64,000 bases of DNA, from NCBI GenBank assembly GCA_016870715.1, contig VGAL01000001.1, positions 21,835 through 85,834 on the forward strand. Direction: 5' to 3'. The stretch comes from Actinomycetota bacterium. Lineage in GTDB: Bacteria; Actinomycetota; Actinomycetes; Nanopelagicales; Nanopelagicaceae. Positions 48,483-57,339 of this stretch are shown in pieces (the stretch's first letter is position 1; each line of letters starts with the position of its first letter). The notes below the pieces were generated by a model. It searched no databases, was not told where the DNA came from, and saw nothing but the letters and a program-made list of their open reading frames with translations. Both the position numbers and the translations under genes were made by a program.

Positions 48483-49561
48483 CAACTATTATTTATGTCC
48501 TCGGTTTTCTCCTTGCAATCCACTCGATCATCAATGCTCTCTTACTCCGCCGCCCAGGTAGATCGGATGTCATCTCAGAGAAGGTAGCGCTTTTAATACC
48601 CGCGCGAAATGAAGAGTTGAATATCAAAGCGTGCTTGGAGAGCGTGCTAAATCAAAAAAATCTCAATAATTTCACCGTTTATGTTCTGGATGATTCGTCG
48701 ACTGATGGAACGAATCAGATCCTCCGCGAAATAGCAGCAACTGAACCTCAACTATCGATTCTGCGCGGGAGAGACCTTCCTGAAGGATGGACCGGAAAGA
48801 ACTCTTCCTGTTGGCAACTAGCCAATGCCGCCCAAGAATCTGATTATCTCGTCTTCGTCGATGCGGATGTTCGACTTCGCAATGATGCGGTAGCAAAATC
48901 CATTAACGCCCTACGTAGGTTGCAGTGGAAATTTATCTGCCCATACCCCAGGCAAATTGCCCGTAGTTGGAGCGAATGGCTCATTCAACCGTTGTTGCAG
49001 TGGAGTTGGATCACCACCCTGCCGCTGAGAATCGCTGAACGATCGCTTCGACCCGAACTCACCGCGGCCAACGGACAATTTTTCATCGTCGAAAAGGGAG
49101 CGTACTTCACTGCTGGTGGCCATAAAGCAATTCATGAAGAGGTCCTCGATGACATTCATCTCGCTCGACAGATGAAACGTAATGGTTTTCGCGGCAATGT
49201 CATCGATGGGAGCAGTATCTCGAGTTGTCGCATGTATCGCTCCTGGGATGAATTGCGCGATGGATACACCAAATCCCTCTGGTCGGCATTTGGCTCCATT
49301 CCTGGAGCGCTATTAGTCATCATCTTCCTCATCTCGCTCTACATCTTCCCAGCGCTTATCGCACTTGCCGGTTATAGCTGGGGAGTATCGCTTCTGCTCT
49401 TCGCCTTCATCTCTCGGTTGATGGCAGCGATTCGCAGTCAATCATCGATTACTAGCGCGCTGGCCCACCCGATTGCAATCTCGCTGCTCTGCTACCTCAT
49501 CGTCAGATCCTGGTGGCTCAAACGAAAAAATCGACTGGAATGGAAAGCTCGATCTCTGTGA
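48464..49561 (+). CDS. family 2 glycosyltransferase (CruC/CrtX-like carotenoid glycosyltransferase candidate)
   Basis: LLIPARNEE, VLDDSSTDGT and VFVDADV, with C-terminal TM helices. The start is ATG 48464 or GTG 48479 (GTGA overlap with the cruF stop). Confidence 0.8.
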   Translation: MDQPSVTTIIYVLGFLLAIHSIINALLLRRPGRSDVISEKVALLIPARNEELNIKACLESVLNQKNLNNFTVYVLDDSSTDGTNQILREIAATEPQLSILRGRDLPEGWTGKNSSCWQLANAAQESDYLVFVDADVRLRNDAVAKSINALRRLQWKFICPYPRQIARSWSEWLIQPLLQWSWITTLPLRIAERSLRPELTAANGQFFIVEKGAYFTAGGHKAIHEEVLDDIHLARQMKRNGFRGNVIDGSSISSCRMYRSWDELRDGYTKSLWSAFGSIPGALLVIIFLISLYIFPALIALAGYSWGVSLLLFAFISRLMAAIRSQSSITSALAHPIAISLLCYLIVRSWWLKRKNRLEWKARSL

Positions 49562-51069
49562 GCGCGGAAAAAGTAGAGAAAATAATCGTCATTGGTGGCG
49601 GACTCGGTGGATTAAGTGCTGCCATCCGTCTTGCTAAAAAAGGTTTTTCAGTTCACATCTTCGAACGGAGCGCCACCATCGGTGGCAAGTGTCGTGTCGA
49701 AGAGTTTGATGGCCACTTCTTCGACACCGGTCCCTCACTTCTCACCCTGCCCGCTGTCTATCGCGATCTCTTCCTAAAAAGCGGCGCTCCCCTTGAAAGC
49801 GAACTCACCCTCCATCTGGTGGAACCAGCATTTGATTATTACTTCGCTAGTGGCAAACGCTTAACACTTCCCAATGCCAGTCGCGCCGGTGTGGCAGCGG
49901 CAATCGAAGAGAGTTTTGGCGCTAAAAGCGCGCAAGAGTGGATTGCACTAATGGATCGAGCCGAGGCGATGTGGGATATCTCCCGAGAACCCTTTGTCGA
50001 ATCAGAATTACGGGGATTCTTACCGCTACTACGTAGACCTGGCTTTCTCTCTAGCCTTCGAACAATCGCTCCTTTTACTTCGCTACGCGCGATGGCAGAG
50101 CGCTATCTCTCGACCCCAGAGCTGATTACGTTGATAGATCGCTATGCCACATACACAGGATCTGATCCGAGAAAGGCTCCCGCAGTCCTTCTAACGATTG
50201 CGTACATAGAGCAAGTCTTTGGCGCATGGCATATCGAAGGTGGGATTGGCCAGTTGAGTTCCGCGTTAGAGCGACGCGCTCGTGAACTTGGAGTGGAGAT
50301 CCACCTGAATACCTCTGTTCGTGCAATCACCACTTCAGGTAACCAGGCAACGGGGGTGACTCTCGATGATGGCCGAGTAATCTCGGCTGACTATGTAGTG
50401 AGCAATGCAGATGCCCAGATTACCTACGAGAGATTATTGGATAACCCAAAGATTGCTCGAAGAGAGCGAAGGAAACTTCGCCGGGCAACGCCATCCTTCT
50501 CGGGCTTCTATCTACTCTTAAATCTCAAGGGACGAAATCCAGAGCAAAAGCATCACACCGTCTCTTTTCCCCACGATTATGGCGCCGAATTCGATTCCCT
50601 CTTTACAACGCTACAACCTGTGCAGGATCCCACGCTCTACATCTGCTCTCCTATGGATAAGAGCATGGCGCCAGAGAATTGCGAGTCCTGGTTTCTGCTA
50701 GTGAATGCTCCTCGACATAGTAGAGGGGGTGATGGCTTCGACTGGCTCACTCCGAATGTTGCCGAAACGTACGGCGAACACTTACTTAACCTGCTTGAGC
50801 AACGAAATCTCCTCGATCGCAGCCGAATCCTCTCTTCACAATTCCGATCACCTGCCGATATTGAAAGGATGTTTAACGCTCCAGGTGGGGCTATTTATGG
50901 AAATTCAAGTAATGGTGCAGGCGCAGCATTTAATCGCGCATCCAATCGCTCACCAGTGCAGGGATTATTCCTCACCGGAGGTTCTGCGCATCCTGGTGGT
51001 GGTGTGCCGCTCGTGGGAATCAGTGGCGAGATTGTTGCTAGCGCAATTGCTTCCGAGCCATTGCGCTAA
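49558..51069 (+). CDS. phytoene-desaturase-family FAD oxidoreductase (CrtD-like carotenoid 3,4-desaturase candidate)
   Basis: VIGGGLGGLSAAIRLAKKG dinucleotide fold and CrtI-family length. The start is GTG 49558 (GTGA overlap) or ATG 49540. The ORF-track start is 49513. Confidence 0.8.
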   Translation: MSAEKVEKIIVIGGGLGGLSAAIRLAKKGFSVHIFERSATIGGKCRVEEFDGHFFDTGPSLLTLPAVYRDLFLKSGAPLESELTLHLVEPAFDYYFASGKRLTLPNASRAGVAAAIEESFGAKSAQEWIALMDRAEAMWDISREPFVESELRGFLPLLRRPGFLSSLRTIAPFTSLRAMAERYLSTPELITLIDRYATYTGSDPRKAPAVLLTIAYIEQVFGAWHIEGGIGQLSSALERRARELGVEIHLNTSVRAITTSGNQATGVTLDDGRVISADYVVSNADAQITYERLLDNPKIARRERRKLRRATPSFSGFYLLLNLKGRNPEQKHHTVSFPHDYGAEFDSLFTTLQPVQDPTLYICSPMDKSMAPENCESWFLLVNAPRHSRGGDGFDWLTPNVAETYGEHLLNLLEQRNLLDRSRILSSQFRSPADIERMFNAPGGAIYGNSSNGAGAAFNRASNRSPVQGLFLTGGSAHPGGGVPLVGISGEIVASAIASEPLR

Positions 51070-51664
51070 ATTGCACAAATGCGAACGCCTGCATTATTAA
51101 CCAAATAACTGTGACAACTTCAAGCGATTGCGAAATGACACTCTCCCCCAAAAAGCCGAGCGCAACTAACAAGCCTCGCACCGGGCGTTCGCAAATGGTG
51201 ACCACTCCAAGAACGTTCCCAGAAAGCTGGTTCAATTTTGCCCGACCATATTCTTGAGTTGCCACAAAGAGCCAGGTGAGCAACAGTAGCGCTGGCGAAA
51301 TCCCCGCGTAATAAAGGGCGCCAATCCAGAGTAGTTCGGTGATTCGATCGACAATTCCATCCCACACCCCACCGAGAGCAGAGCTCTTCTCTCGAATGAG
51401 CGCTACTGCGCCATCGAACCCGTCAACTACCAGCGAAGCGAGAATTAAAAGGGCAATCACCCAGTTATCACGTGAAAGGAGGGCCGCCCCTGCAAGTAGT
51501 GGTCCGAGCAGAGTGACGAGATTCGGGGTGAACTTAAGAAATACGAGAGGTTGTACCAAGTAGAAATTTATGGAGAGATAACCGCGCGCGATGCCCGTGA
51601 CCTCTTCACCTTCGACAAAACCATGAACCCTCGACCACGCTCGAAGATATTCGCTCCTGTTCAC
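51038..51664 (-). CDS. CDP-alcohol phosphatidyltransferase family protein
   Basis: DGFDGAVALIREKSSALGGVWDGIVDRITE matches D-G-x2-A-R-x8-G-x3-D-x3-D apart from L at the R position. I trimmed the start to GTG 51664 (GTGA overlap with the metF stop). Confidence 0.82.
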   Translation of the reverse strand: MNRSEYLRAWSRVHGFVEGEEVTGIARGYLSINFYLVQPLVFLKFTPNLVTLLGPLLAGAALLSRDNWVIALLILASLVVDGFDGAVALIREKSSALGGVWDGIVDRITELLWIGALYYAGISPALLLLTWLFVATQEYGRAKLNQLSGNVLGVVTICERPVRGLLVALGFLGESVISQSLEVVTVIWLIMQAFAFVQFSAMARKQLR

Positions 51665-52503
51665 GAGTGAATTCCTAAGTTTGCAACGACTTCTCTGGTA
51701 GCGGGAGAAGAATTCAATGTAAAAAAATGTAGAGCGCCTACTCCGATATCGAGTAACTCTTGGCAAAGAGCAGTTGCCACCTCTACTCCTAGCCGCGCAA
51801 CTGCCGTGGAGTCATCGGCTACGGCTTCAAATCGCTGACGAATTGAGTGAGGAATCTCCGTCCCTGAGAGTTCAGCAAAACGAATGAGCTGCTTAACATT
51901 GGTAACCGGCATGATCCCAGGGATCAATCTGACCTTAATCTGCGCTCGGTCGACCTCCATCATCAATCGCTGCCAGGATTGAACATCGAAGAAAAATTGG
52001 GAGATTGCAAAACTCGCTCCGTTGTCGACTTTTCGTTTTAATGTCTCGATATCTTCATCTTTACTCTTGCTTGCAGGATGACCATCAGGGAAGACTGCTA
52101 CGCCTACTTCAAATCCCATCGACGCGGCTAGGTGTACCAACTCGTGAGCATGATTGAGCCCCTCTGGAGTGGATATCCACTCACCTCGCGGGCCACTTGG
52201 CGGATCTCCCCGTAGGGCAAGGACTCGGGAAATTCCAGCGCTTTGATACTGCTCCAAAATTGTTCTGAGTTCAGCGCGAGTGGCCCCAACGCAGGTGAGG
52301 TGCGCAACGGTGGCAATTCCGGTTCGAGCAGTAATCTCTGAGGTGATGCGAAGCGTTCGATCGCGGGTACTGCCCCCCGCCCCATAGGTCACCGATACAA
52401 AATCGGGCGAAATATCAGAGAGTTGAGCGAGCGCGCTCCATAACTTCTCCTCTCCTAATTCATCCTTAGGTGGGAAGAACTCAATCGATACCTGCGTTCT
52501 CAC
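51661..52503 (-). CDS. metF: methylenetetrahydrofolate reductase
   Basis: SIEFFPPK, SVTYGAGGSTRD and VLALRGDPP. I trimmed the start to GTG 52503. The ORF-track start (52647) overlaps the divergent crtE. Confidence 0.9.
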   Translation of the reverse strand: MRTQVSIEFFPPKDELGEEKLWSALAQLSDISPDFVSVTYGAGGSTRDRTLRITSEITARTGIATVAHLTCVGATRAELRTILEQYQSAGISRVLALRGDPPSGPRGEWISTPEGLNHAHELVHLAASMGFEVGVAVFPDGHPASKSKDEDIETLKRKVDNGASFAISQFFFDVQSWQRLMMEVDRAQIKVRLIPGIMPVTNVKQLIRFAELSGTEIPHSIRQRFEAVADDSTAVARLGVEVATALCQELLDIGVGALHFFTLNSSPATREVVANLGIHS

Positions 52504-52526
52504 GGCAGTCAGGGTAGCGTTGCCAC

Positions 52527-53609
52527 ATGCTCCCTGGCTCCCAGTTAGGCGTAAAAGCGGGAAAAAAAGCGATCGACCAAGCCCTAGAAGATTTTCTCGC
52601 CAATGCTCGAGCGACCCTCGATGCGATTGACCCCAACCTCGCCCCAATAAATGGTGCGTTCACTGACTTTCTCGCCGGCGGCAAGCGACTTCGCCCACTC
52701 TTTGCTCTTGCTGGCTATCTCGGAGCAGGCGGAGATCTCACCAAGCCCCACCTTGAGCGGATCTATAAGGCAGTAATAAGTCTGGAGTTGCTCCAAGCAT
52801 GCGCGCTCATTCATGACGACATGATGGATGGATCGGATACTCGACGAGGAGCTCCTTCAATACATCGTCGCTTCGAAGAAGAACATCGCAAGCGAGATGG
52901 CGTAGGTGATAGCGCTAGTTTTGGTGGCGCAGCCGCACTGCTCTTAGGGGACCTCGCGCTGGTCCTATCCGCACAGGCCCTCCATCTCTCCGGCATCACC
53001 AATGTTCAACTTGAGAGAGTCAACCCAATCTTTGACACGATGAAGGTGGAATTAATGGCAGGGCAATATCTCGATATGCATGCGGGAAGTAGGCGTGAAG
53101 TCTCAGTTGATGATGCCCTAAAGATTGCCACCTACAAGTCAGGTAAGTACACCATTGAACGACCACTTCACTTCGGTGGTGCGCTCGCGCTCACTACTCC
53201 AGAGTTGTTCACTATCTATAGTGATTACGGAATACCGCTGGGAATCGCCTTCCAACTTCGCGACGATTTGCTCGGAGTATTCGGAGATGCCTCGCTAACA
53301 GGTAAACCCACTGGTGATGATCTCCTCGAAGGTAAACGGACTGCTTTGATCTCATACGCCCTCTCTCATATGAACGGGCAGAGCGCTTCTGACTTCAAAA
53401 AGCGATTTGGAGACCGTAACGCCACTCCAGAAGAGATAGAACAGATGCGTGAGCAAATTAACAATTCTGGCGCTGTCGAATTCATCGAGAAATTAATTGC
53501 GGAAAAAACTACCCTTGCCTTAACAGCAGTTTCCAATCCACGGATTACCGCAGCTGGGCAAGAGCTTCTCACTGAGCTTGCCCTAGCTGCCACGAAGAGG
53601 AGCGCTTAA
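52527..53609 (+). CDS. crtE: polyprenyl (geranylgeranyl) diphosphate synthase
   Basis: 360 aa with LIHDDMMDGSDTRRG (FARM) and FQLRDDLLGVFGD (SARM). Confidence 0.9.
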   Translation: MLPGSQLGVKAGKKAIDQALEDFLANARATLDAIDPNLAPINGAFTDFLAGGKRLRPLFALAGYLGAGGDLTKPHLERIYKAVISLELLQACALIHDDMMDGSDTRRGAPSIHRRFEEEHRKRDGVGDSASFGGAAALLLGDLALVLSAQALHLSGITNVQLERVNPIFDTMKVELMAGQYLDMHAGSRREVSVDDALKIATYKSGKYTIERPLHFGGALALTTPELFTIYSDYGIPLGIAFQLRDDLLGVFGDASLTGKPTGDDLLEGKRTALISYALSHMNGQSASDFKKRFGDRNATPEEIEQMREQINNSGAVEFIEKLIAEKTTLALTAVSNPRITAAGQELLTELALAATKRSA

Positions 53610-55084
53610 TGCGAAAAGTTCCCGGTGCTACCGACAAGGTAGTCATCGTCGGCGCTGGACTTGGCGGATTGAGCGCTGCGCTTCGTTTGGCAGGGGCTGG
53701 GCGCGAGGTCACTATCGTCGAACGCGAGAGCGTTCCTGGCGGGCGTAATGGATTACTTGCAGATCAGGGATATCGCTTTGATACCGGACCAACTGTGCTC
53801 ACCATGCCATCACTCATTGAAGATGCCCTCAATGCTGTAGGCGAGAAATTATCTGATTGGCTGGAGTTGATCCCACTTCGTCCACTCTATCGAGCCTTTT
53901 ATCACGATGGCTCGCAATTGGATGTCTTCCCCGACACCGCTGAGATGGAGGCAGAGATTGCCCGCGTCATCAGTCCCAGTGAAGCGCTTGGCTATCGCAA
54001 GTACGTCGACTTCGTCACCAAGTTGTACAAATATGAGATGAATGATTTCATCGATAGAAATATCGATTCACCGCTCCAACTGGTCACTCCCAATCTTGCT
54101 CGCCTAATCGCTATTGGCGGCTTTCGACGGTTGGCGCCAAAGGTTAGCCAATATCTCAAAGATCCACGGACCCAAAAGGTGTATTCATTCCAAGCGATGT
54201 ATGCGGGAGTAAGTCCACAGCAAGCGCTCGCAATTTACGCCGTTATTGCCTATATGGATTCAGTCAATGGCGTCTTCTTCCCTAAGGGTGGCATGCATGC
54301 AGTTCCACGCGCTCTAGCTGGAGCGGCAGAGAAGCATGGAGTGAAGATCCGCTACTCCACCACAGTATCGAGCGTTGCTACGCGCAATGGCCGTGCTACC
54401 GGGGTCATCACCAGCACCGGTGAACATATTCCCGCTGATGTCGTAGTTCTTAATCCAGATTTACCCATCGCTTATCGCGAGCTGCTTGATAAAGATCCGT
54501 GGGATATCAAACGATTAAATTACTCACCATCGTGCGTGGTGATGTTGGTAGGTTCCAACAAGCATTATGAGCACATCGCCCATCACAATATCCACTTTGG
54601 CCAATCCTGGGATGGCGTCTTCGATGAATTAATCAAGAAGAAAACCTTCATGAGCGATCCCTCGCTTCTGGTGACTCTCCCGACATATGACGATCCTGCA
54701 TTAGCCCCTGCCGGTAAGTCCTCCTACTACGTACTCTTTCCCACGCCCAATTTGAATTCATCCATTGATTGGCAACGCGAACGGGGTCGATACCGCGATG
54801 AAATGATTCGTGTGTTGGAATCTCGCGGTTATACCGATTTTGGTGCGGGAATTGAAGTTGAACATCTCACTACGCCAGTGGAGTGGCGAAACCAGGGAAT
54901 GGAAGCGGGCGCACCCTTTGCTAGCGCACACACCTTCTTTCAAACTGGCCCATTCCGTCCGCGCAATCTTGCGCGCGGTATCGAGAACGTGGTCTTCACT
55001 GGTTCAGGTACCCAGCCCGGAGTTGGTGTACCGATGGTTCTGATCTCCGGCAAATTGGCAGCGGAGAGAATCATAGGTAAATGA
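53609..55084 (+). CDS. crtI: phytoene desaturase
   Basis: 491 aa with VIVGAGLGGLSAALRLAGAG and a CrtI-type C-terminus (FTGSGTQPGVGVPMV). Confidence 0.92.
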   Translation: MRKVPGATDKVVIVGAGLGGLSAALRLAGAGREVTIVERESVPGGRNGLLADQGYRFDTGPTVLTMPSLIEDALNAVGEKLSDWLELIPLRPLYRAFYHDGSQLDVFPDTAEMEAEIARVISPSEALGYRKYVDFVTKLYKYEMNDFIDRNIDSPLQLVTPNLARLIAIGGFRRLAPKVSQYLKDPRTQKVYSFQAMYAGVSPQQALAIYAVIAYMDSVNGVFFPKGGMHAVPRALAGAAEKHGVKIRYSTTVSSVATRNGRATGVITSTGEHIPADVVVLNPDLPIAYRELLDKDPWDIKRLNYSPSCVVMLVGSNKHYEHIAHHNIHFGQSWDGVFDELIKKKTFMSDPSLLVTLPTYDDPALAPAGKSSYYVLFPTPNLNSSIDWQRERGRYRDEMIRVLESRGYTDFGAGIEVEHLTTPVEWRNQGMEAGAPFASAHTFFQTGPFRPRNLARGIENVVFTGSGTQPGVGVPMVLISGKLAAERIIGK

Positions 55085-55088
55085 GTAC

Positions 55089-56021
55089 ATGAGTGATAGA
55101 GAACTTGATGCTGCTGGGATTCACGCTCCACAATTGCGAGCATCATATTTAGAGTGTAAACGACTTAACTCGCTTCATGGGAAGACCTATTACTTAGCAA
55201 CGCTCCTGCTGCCACCAGGTAAGCGCCCCTTTGTCCATGCGCTCTATGGTTTCGCACGATATGCCGATGAGATTGTCGATGACCTTGCTTCGACCTTAAC
55301 GGTCGAAGAGAAAGATTCAGAGTTACGGAACTGGAGCGAGAAACTGCTCGCTGATTTAGCTAATGGAAAAAGCACTGACCACATTGGCGCCGCCCTGGTT
55401 GATACCGTCACCCGATTTGAGATTCCCATCGAGCATTTTCGGGCTTTTCTCCATTCAATGGCGATGGACATCTCGGTTACTCGCTATGAAAGTTATTCAG
55501 ATTTGATGGAGTATGTATACGGCTCGGCTGCGGTAATCGGGTTGGAAATGGTGCCGATATTAGGCGCGCTCTCACCCGATGCATACCCAGCGGCTGAGAA
55601 ACTTGGCATCGCTTTTCAATTGGCAAACTTCATCAGAGATGTCAGCGAGGATTTAGATCGAGGACGGATATACCTGCCCCTCGATGAATTGCGCTCCTTT
55701 AATGTCCCAGAAGAGATGCTTAACGAGCGCCGGTTAACTCCAGAGATAAAGGAGGCGCTCCGCTTTAACATAGAGCGAGTTCGCCAATTACAACGCGAGG
55801 CGACTCCTGGAATTGCGCTCCTTGCACCTGAGAGTAGGGCGTGTATCGAGGCGGCAAGTGAACTCTATTGTGGCATTGTCGATGAAGTAGAGAAGATTGA
55901 TTACCAAATTTTCGATAAGAGGGCGAAGACTTCAACCTATCGCCGGCTATCAGTTGCTATTCCGGCCTTTGGTCGCGCTCTTGCTGCACGCCGCGCGAAC
56001 CCCAATATATCCAAAGGCTGA
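55089..56021 (+). CDS. crtB: phytoene synthase
   Basis: 310 aa with YGFARYADEIVDD and AFQLANFIRDVSEDLDRGRIYLP. Confidence 0.93.
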   Translation: MSDRELDAAGIHAPQLRASYLECKRLNSLHGKTYYLATLLLPPGKRPFVHALYGFARYADEIVDDLASTLTVEEKDSELRNWSEKLLADLANGKSTDHIGAALVDTVTRFEIPIEHFRAFLHSMAMDISVTRYESYSDLMEYVYGSAAVIGLEMVPILGALSPDAYPAAEKLGIAFQLANFIRDVSEDLDRGRIYLPLDELRSFNVPEEMLNERRLTPEIKEALRFNIERVRQLQREATPGIALLAPESRACIEAASELYCGIVDEVEKIDYQIFDKRAKTSTYRRLSVAIPAFGRALAARRANPNISKG

Positions 56022-56280
56022 TTACTCCGAGAATCAGCGCAAAACCAAATAACAGATCTTCAACTGGTGCGCTGGCTATTCGAAACCCGATAATGAATGG
56101 ATGACGATACATCACAATTTCGCGCGAGGTTAGCCACCAATTAGTAAGTAATTGAAAAGGCAAGATGATGGCATAAGAGGTCCAGAAAGCGCGTCGAAGA
56201 ATCATGCGACGTCTCGTAAGAAATAAATCAAAGAGAATTGCTATCGGCACCGCAAGCAATGCAAGTTGGGTGTAGCTCAT
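55957..56280 (-). CDS. crtYd: lycopene cyclase domain protein (heterodimeric cyclase subunit)
   Basis: 107 aa with three TM segments and PVEDLLFGF-type motif (APVEDLLFGFALI). Overlaps the convergent crtB by 65 nt. Confidence 0.82.
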   Translation of the reverse strand: MSYTQLALLAVPIAILFDLFLTRRRMILRRAFWTSYAIILPFQLLTNWWLTSREIVMYRHPFIIGFRIASAPVEDLLFGFALILGVISLWIYWGSRGVQQERDQRPE

Positions 56281-56618
56281 TTCTCATCACCAAAAATCCA
56301 TTTCGGATTCTTCCGTTTAACTACTCCTACCGCCTCAATCGTCATAATTGCTGCCAGTGGCACCACGGTAAAGAAGAGAATCTCTTCAAAGGGAATCCCA
56401 CCTGGAGTGAGAAGGCCAATTATCTGCTTGCTATCGAAATGCCAATGTCCTCTGCTGATTGCATATAGGTCCCAGATTATGAAAATGGTCGCTACTGGAA
56501 GGATGCTCAGCACAACTCTCCTGGCCCGACGTAACACTCCTACCTTGAGAAATATCTCCAGCCAGAATGAGCCAACAACAGTGAAGGTGATCATCGCTAA
56601 GTAACCAAACTTGAGCAC
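56277..56618 (-). CDS. crtYc: lycopene cyclase domain protein (heterodimeric cyclase subunit)
   Basis: IPFEEILFFTVVP motif and ATGA-type overlap with crtYd. I trimmed the start to GTG 56618 (ATG 56594 also possible). The ORF-track extension to 56765 would cover the riboswitch-like leader and the start of the Pnu gene. Confidence 0.8.
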   Translation of the reverse strand: MLKFGYLAMITFTVVGSFWLEIFLKVGVLRRARRVVLSILPVATIFIIWDLYAISRGHWHFDSKQIIGLLTPGGIPFEEILFFTVVPLAAIMTIEAVGVVKRKNPKWIFGDEK

Positions 56619-56627
56619 GCCCCATGC

Positions 56628-56722
56628 TATCCTTTTGAACGCACGGGAGCCGAAGTACGGCTGAGAGGGTGGCTTGCCACTGACCGTTACAACCAGTCCG
56701 GTAATGCGGATTCGGAAGGGGT
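56628..56722 (+). ncRNA. TPP (THI-box) riboswitch-like leader
   Basis: Reads CCUUUUGAACGCACGGGAGCCGAAGUACGGCUGAGAGGGUGGCUUGCCACUGACCGUUACAACCAGUCCGGUAAUGCGGAUUCGGAAGGGG. CUGAGA, ACGG/CCGU (P2), GCCG/CGGC (P3), UCCG-GUAAUG-CGGA (P5) and a terminal GGAAGG that is also the SD. Some consensus positions deviate. No covariance model was run. Confidence 0.55.
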
Positions 56723-56724
56723 AA

Positions 56725-57339
56725 GTGATCTTTATGTTAGGCATTCTCGGGACAGTTCTTTTCACCGCCTGGAACTACCAAGTGACCATCTTGGAATTCA
56801 CAGCAGCGCTCACTTCACTAATTGCGGTTTACCTTGGCACCACGGGCCGAAAAGTGATGTGGCCCTGGTGGATTGCAAGCTCTGCTCTCTATGCCCTTTG
56901 GTTCTTTGATGCGAAGTACTACGGTTCTTTTGCCACCCAATTTATCTTTATCGCATTCGGCATTTGGGGTTGGTTATCGTGGAAACGGACTGGAGCAGAG
57001 CCAGCAGCCCTCTCGCTCAAAGGTCGAGCGATTGCAGTGAGCGCATTTGCGCTCTCCTGGATTGCCTTTGCGCCATACTTAAAATCTATTGGAGCAGTTG
57101 CAATTTGGAGCGACACATTTGGATTGCTCGGGAGTTTGGTCGCGCAAGTGATCATGGTCAAGGAGAAATGGGAGAGCTGGGTATTGTGGTTTGCAGTTGA
57201 TATCGTCCTTGCTATCCAATATTTCCGTGGTGGTGCCTACTTCACATCCTTGGTGTATCTAGTCTTCACGGCAATCGCGATACTCGGATGGTCACGCTGG
57301 TTAAGTCGGTATCGAAATGCACAACGCGCTCTTCGATAA
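56725..57339 (+). CDS. PnuC-family vitamin transporter (possibly thiamine-type PnuT)
   Basis: 204 aa, about 7 TM, with WPWWIASSALYALWF and IAFGIWGWLSWKR. GTG start 5 nt after GGAAGG. Confidence 0.85.
   Translation: MIFMLGILGTVLFTAWNYQVTILEFTAALTSLIAVYLGTTGRKVMWPWWIASSALYALWFFDAKYYGSFATQFIFIAFGIWGWLSWKRTGAEPAALSLKGRAIAVSAFALSWIAFAPYLKSIGAVAIWSDTFGLLGSLVAQVIMVKEKWESWVLWFAVDIVLAIQYFRGGAYFTSLVYLVFTAIAILGWSRWLSRYRNAQRALR

Noticed and set aside
56619-56765. N-terminal extension of the crtYc ORF to 56765
   Set aside because: It would overlap the start of the divergent Pnu gene and the structured leader. The extension (MKRTVPRMPNIKITYPFRIRITG...) is not membrane-like, and normal CrtYc length is reached from GTG 56618.
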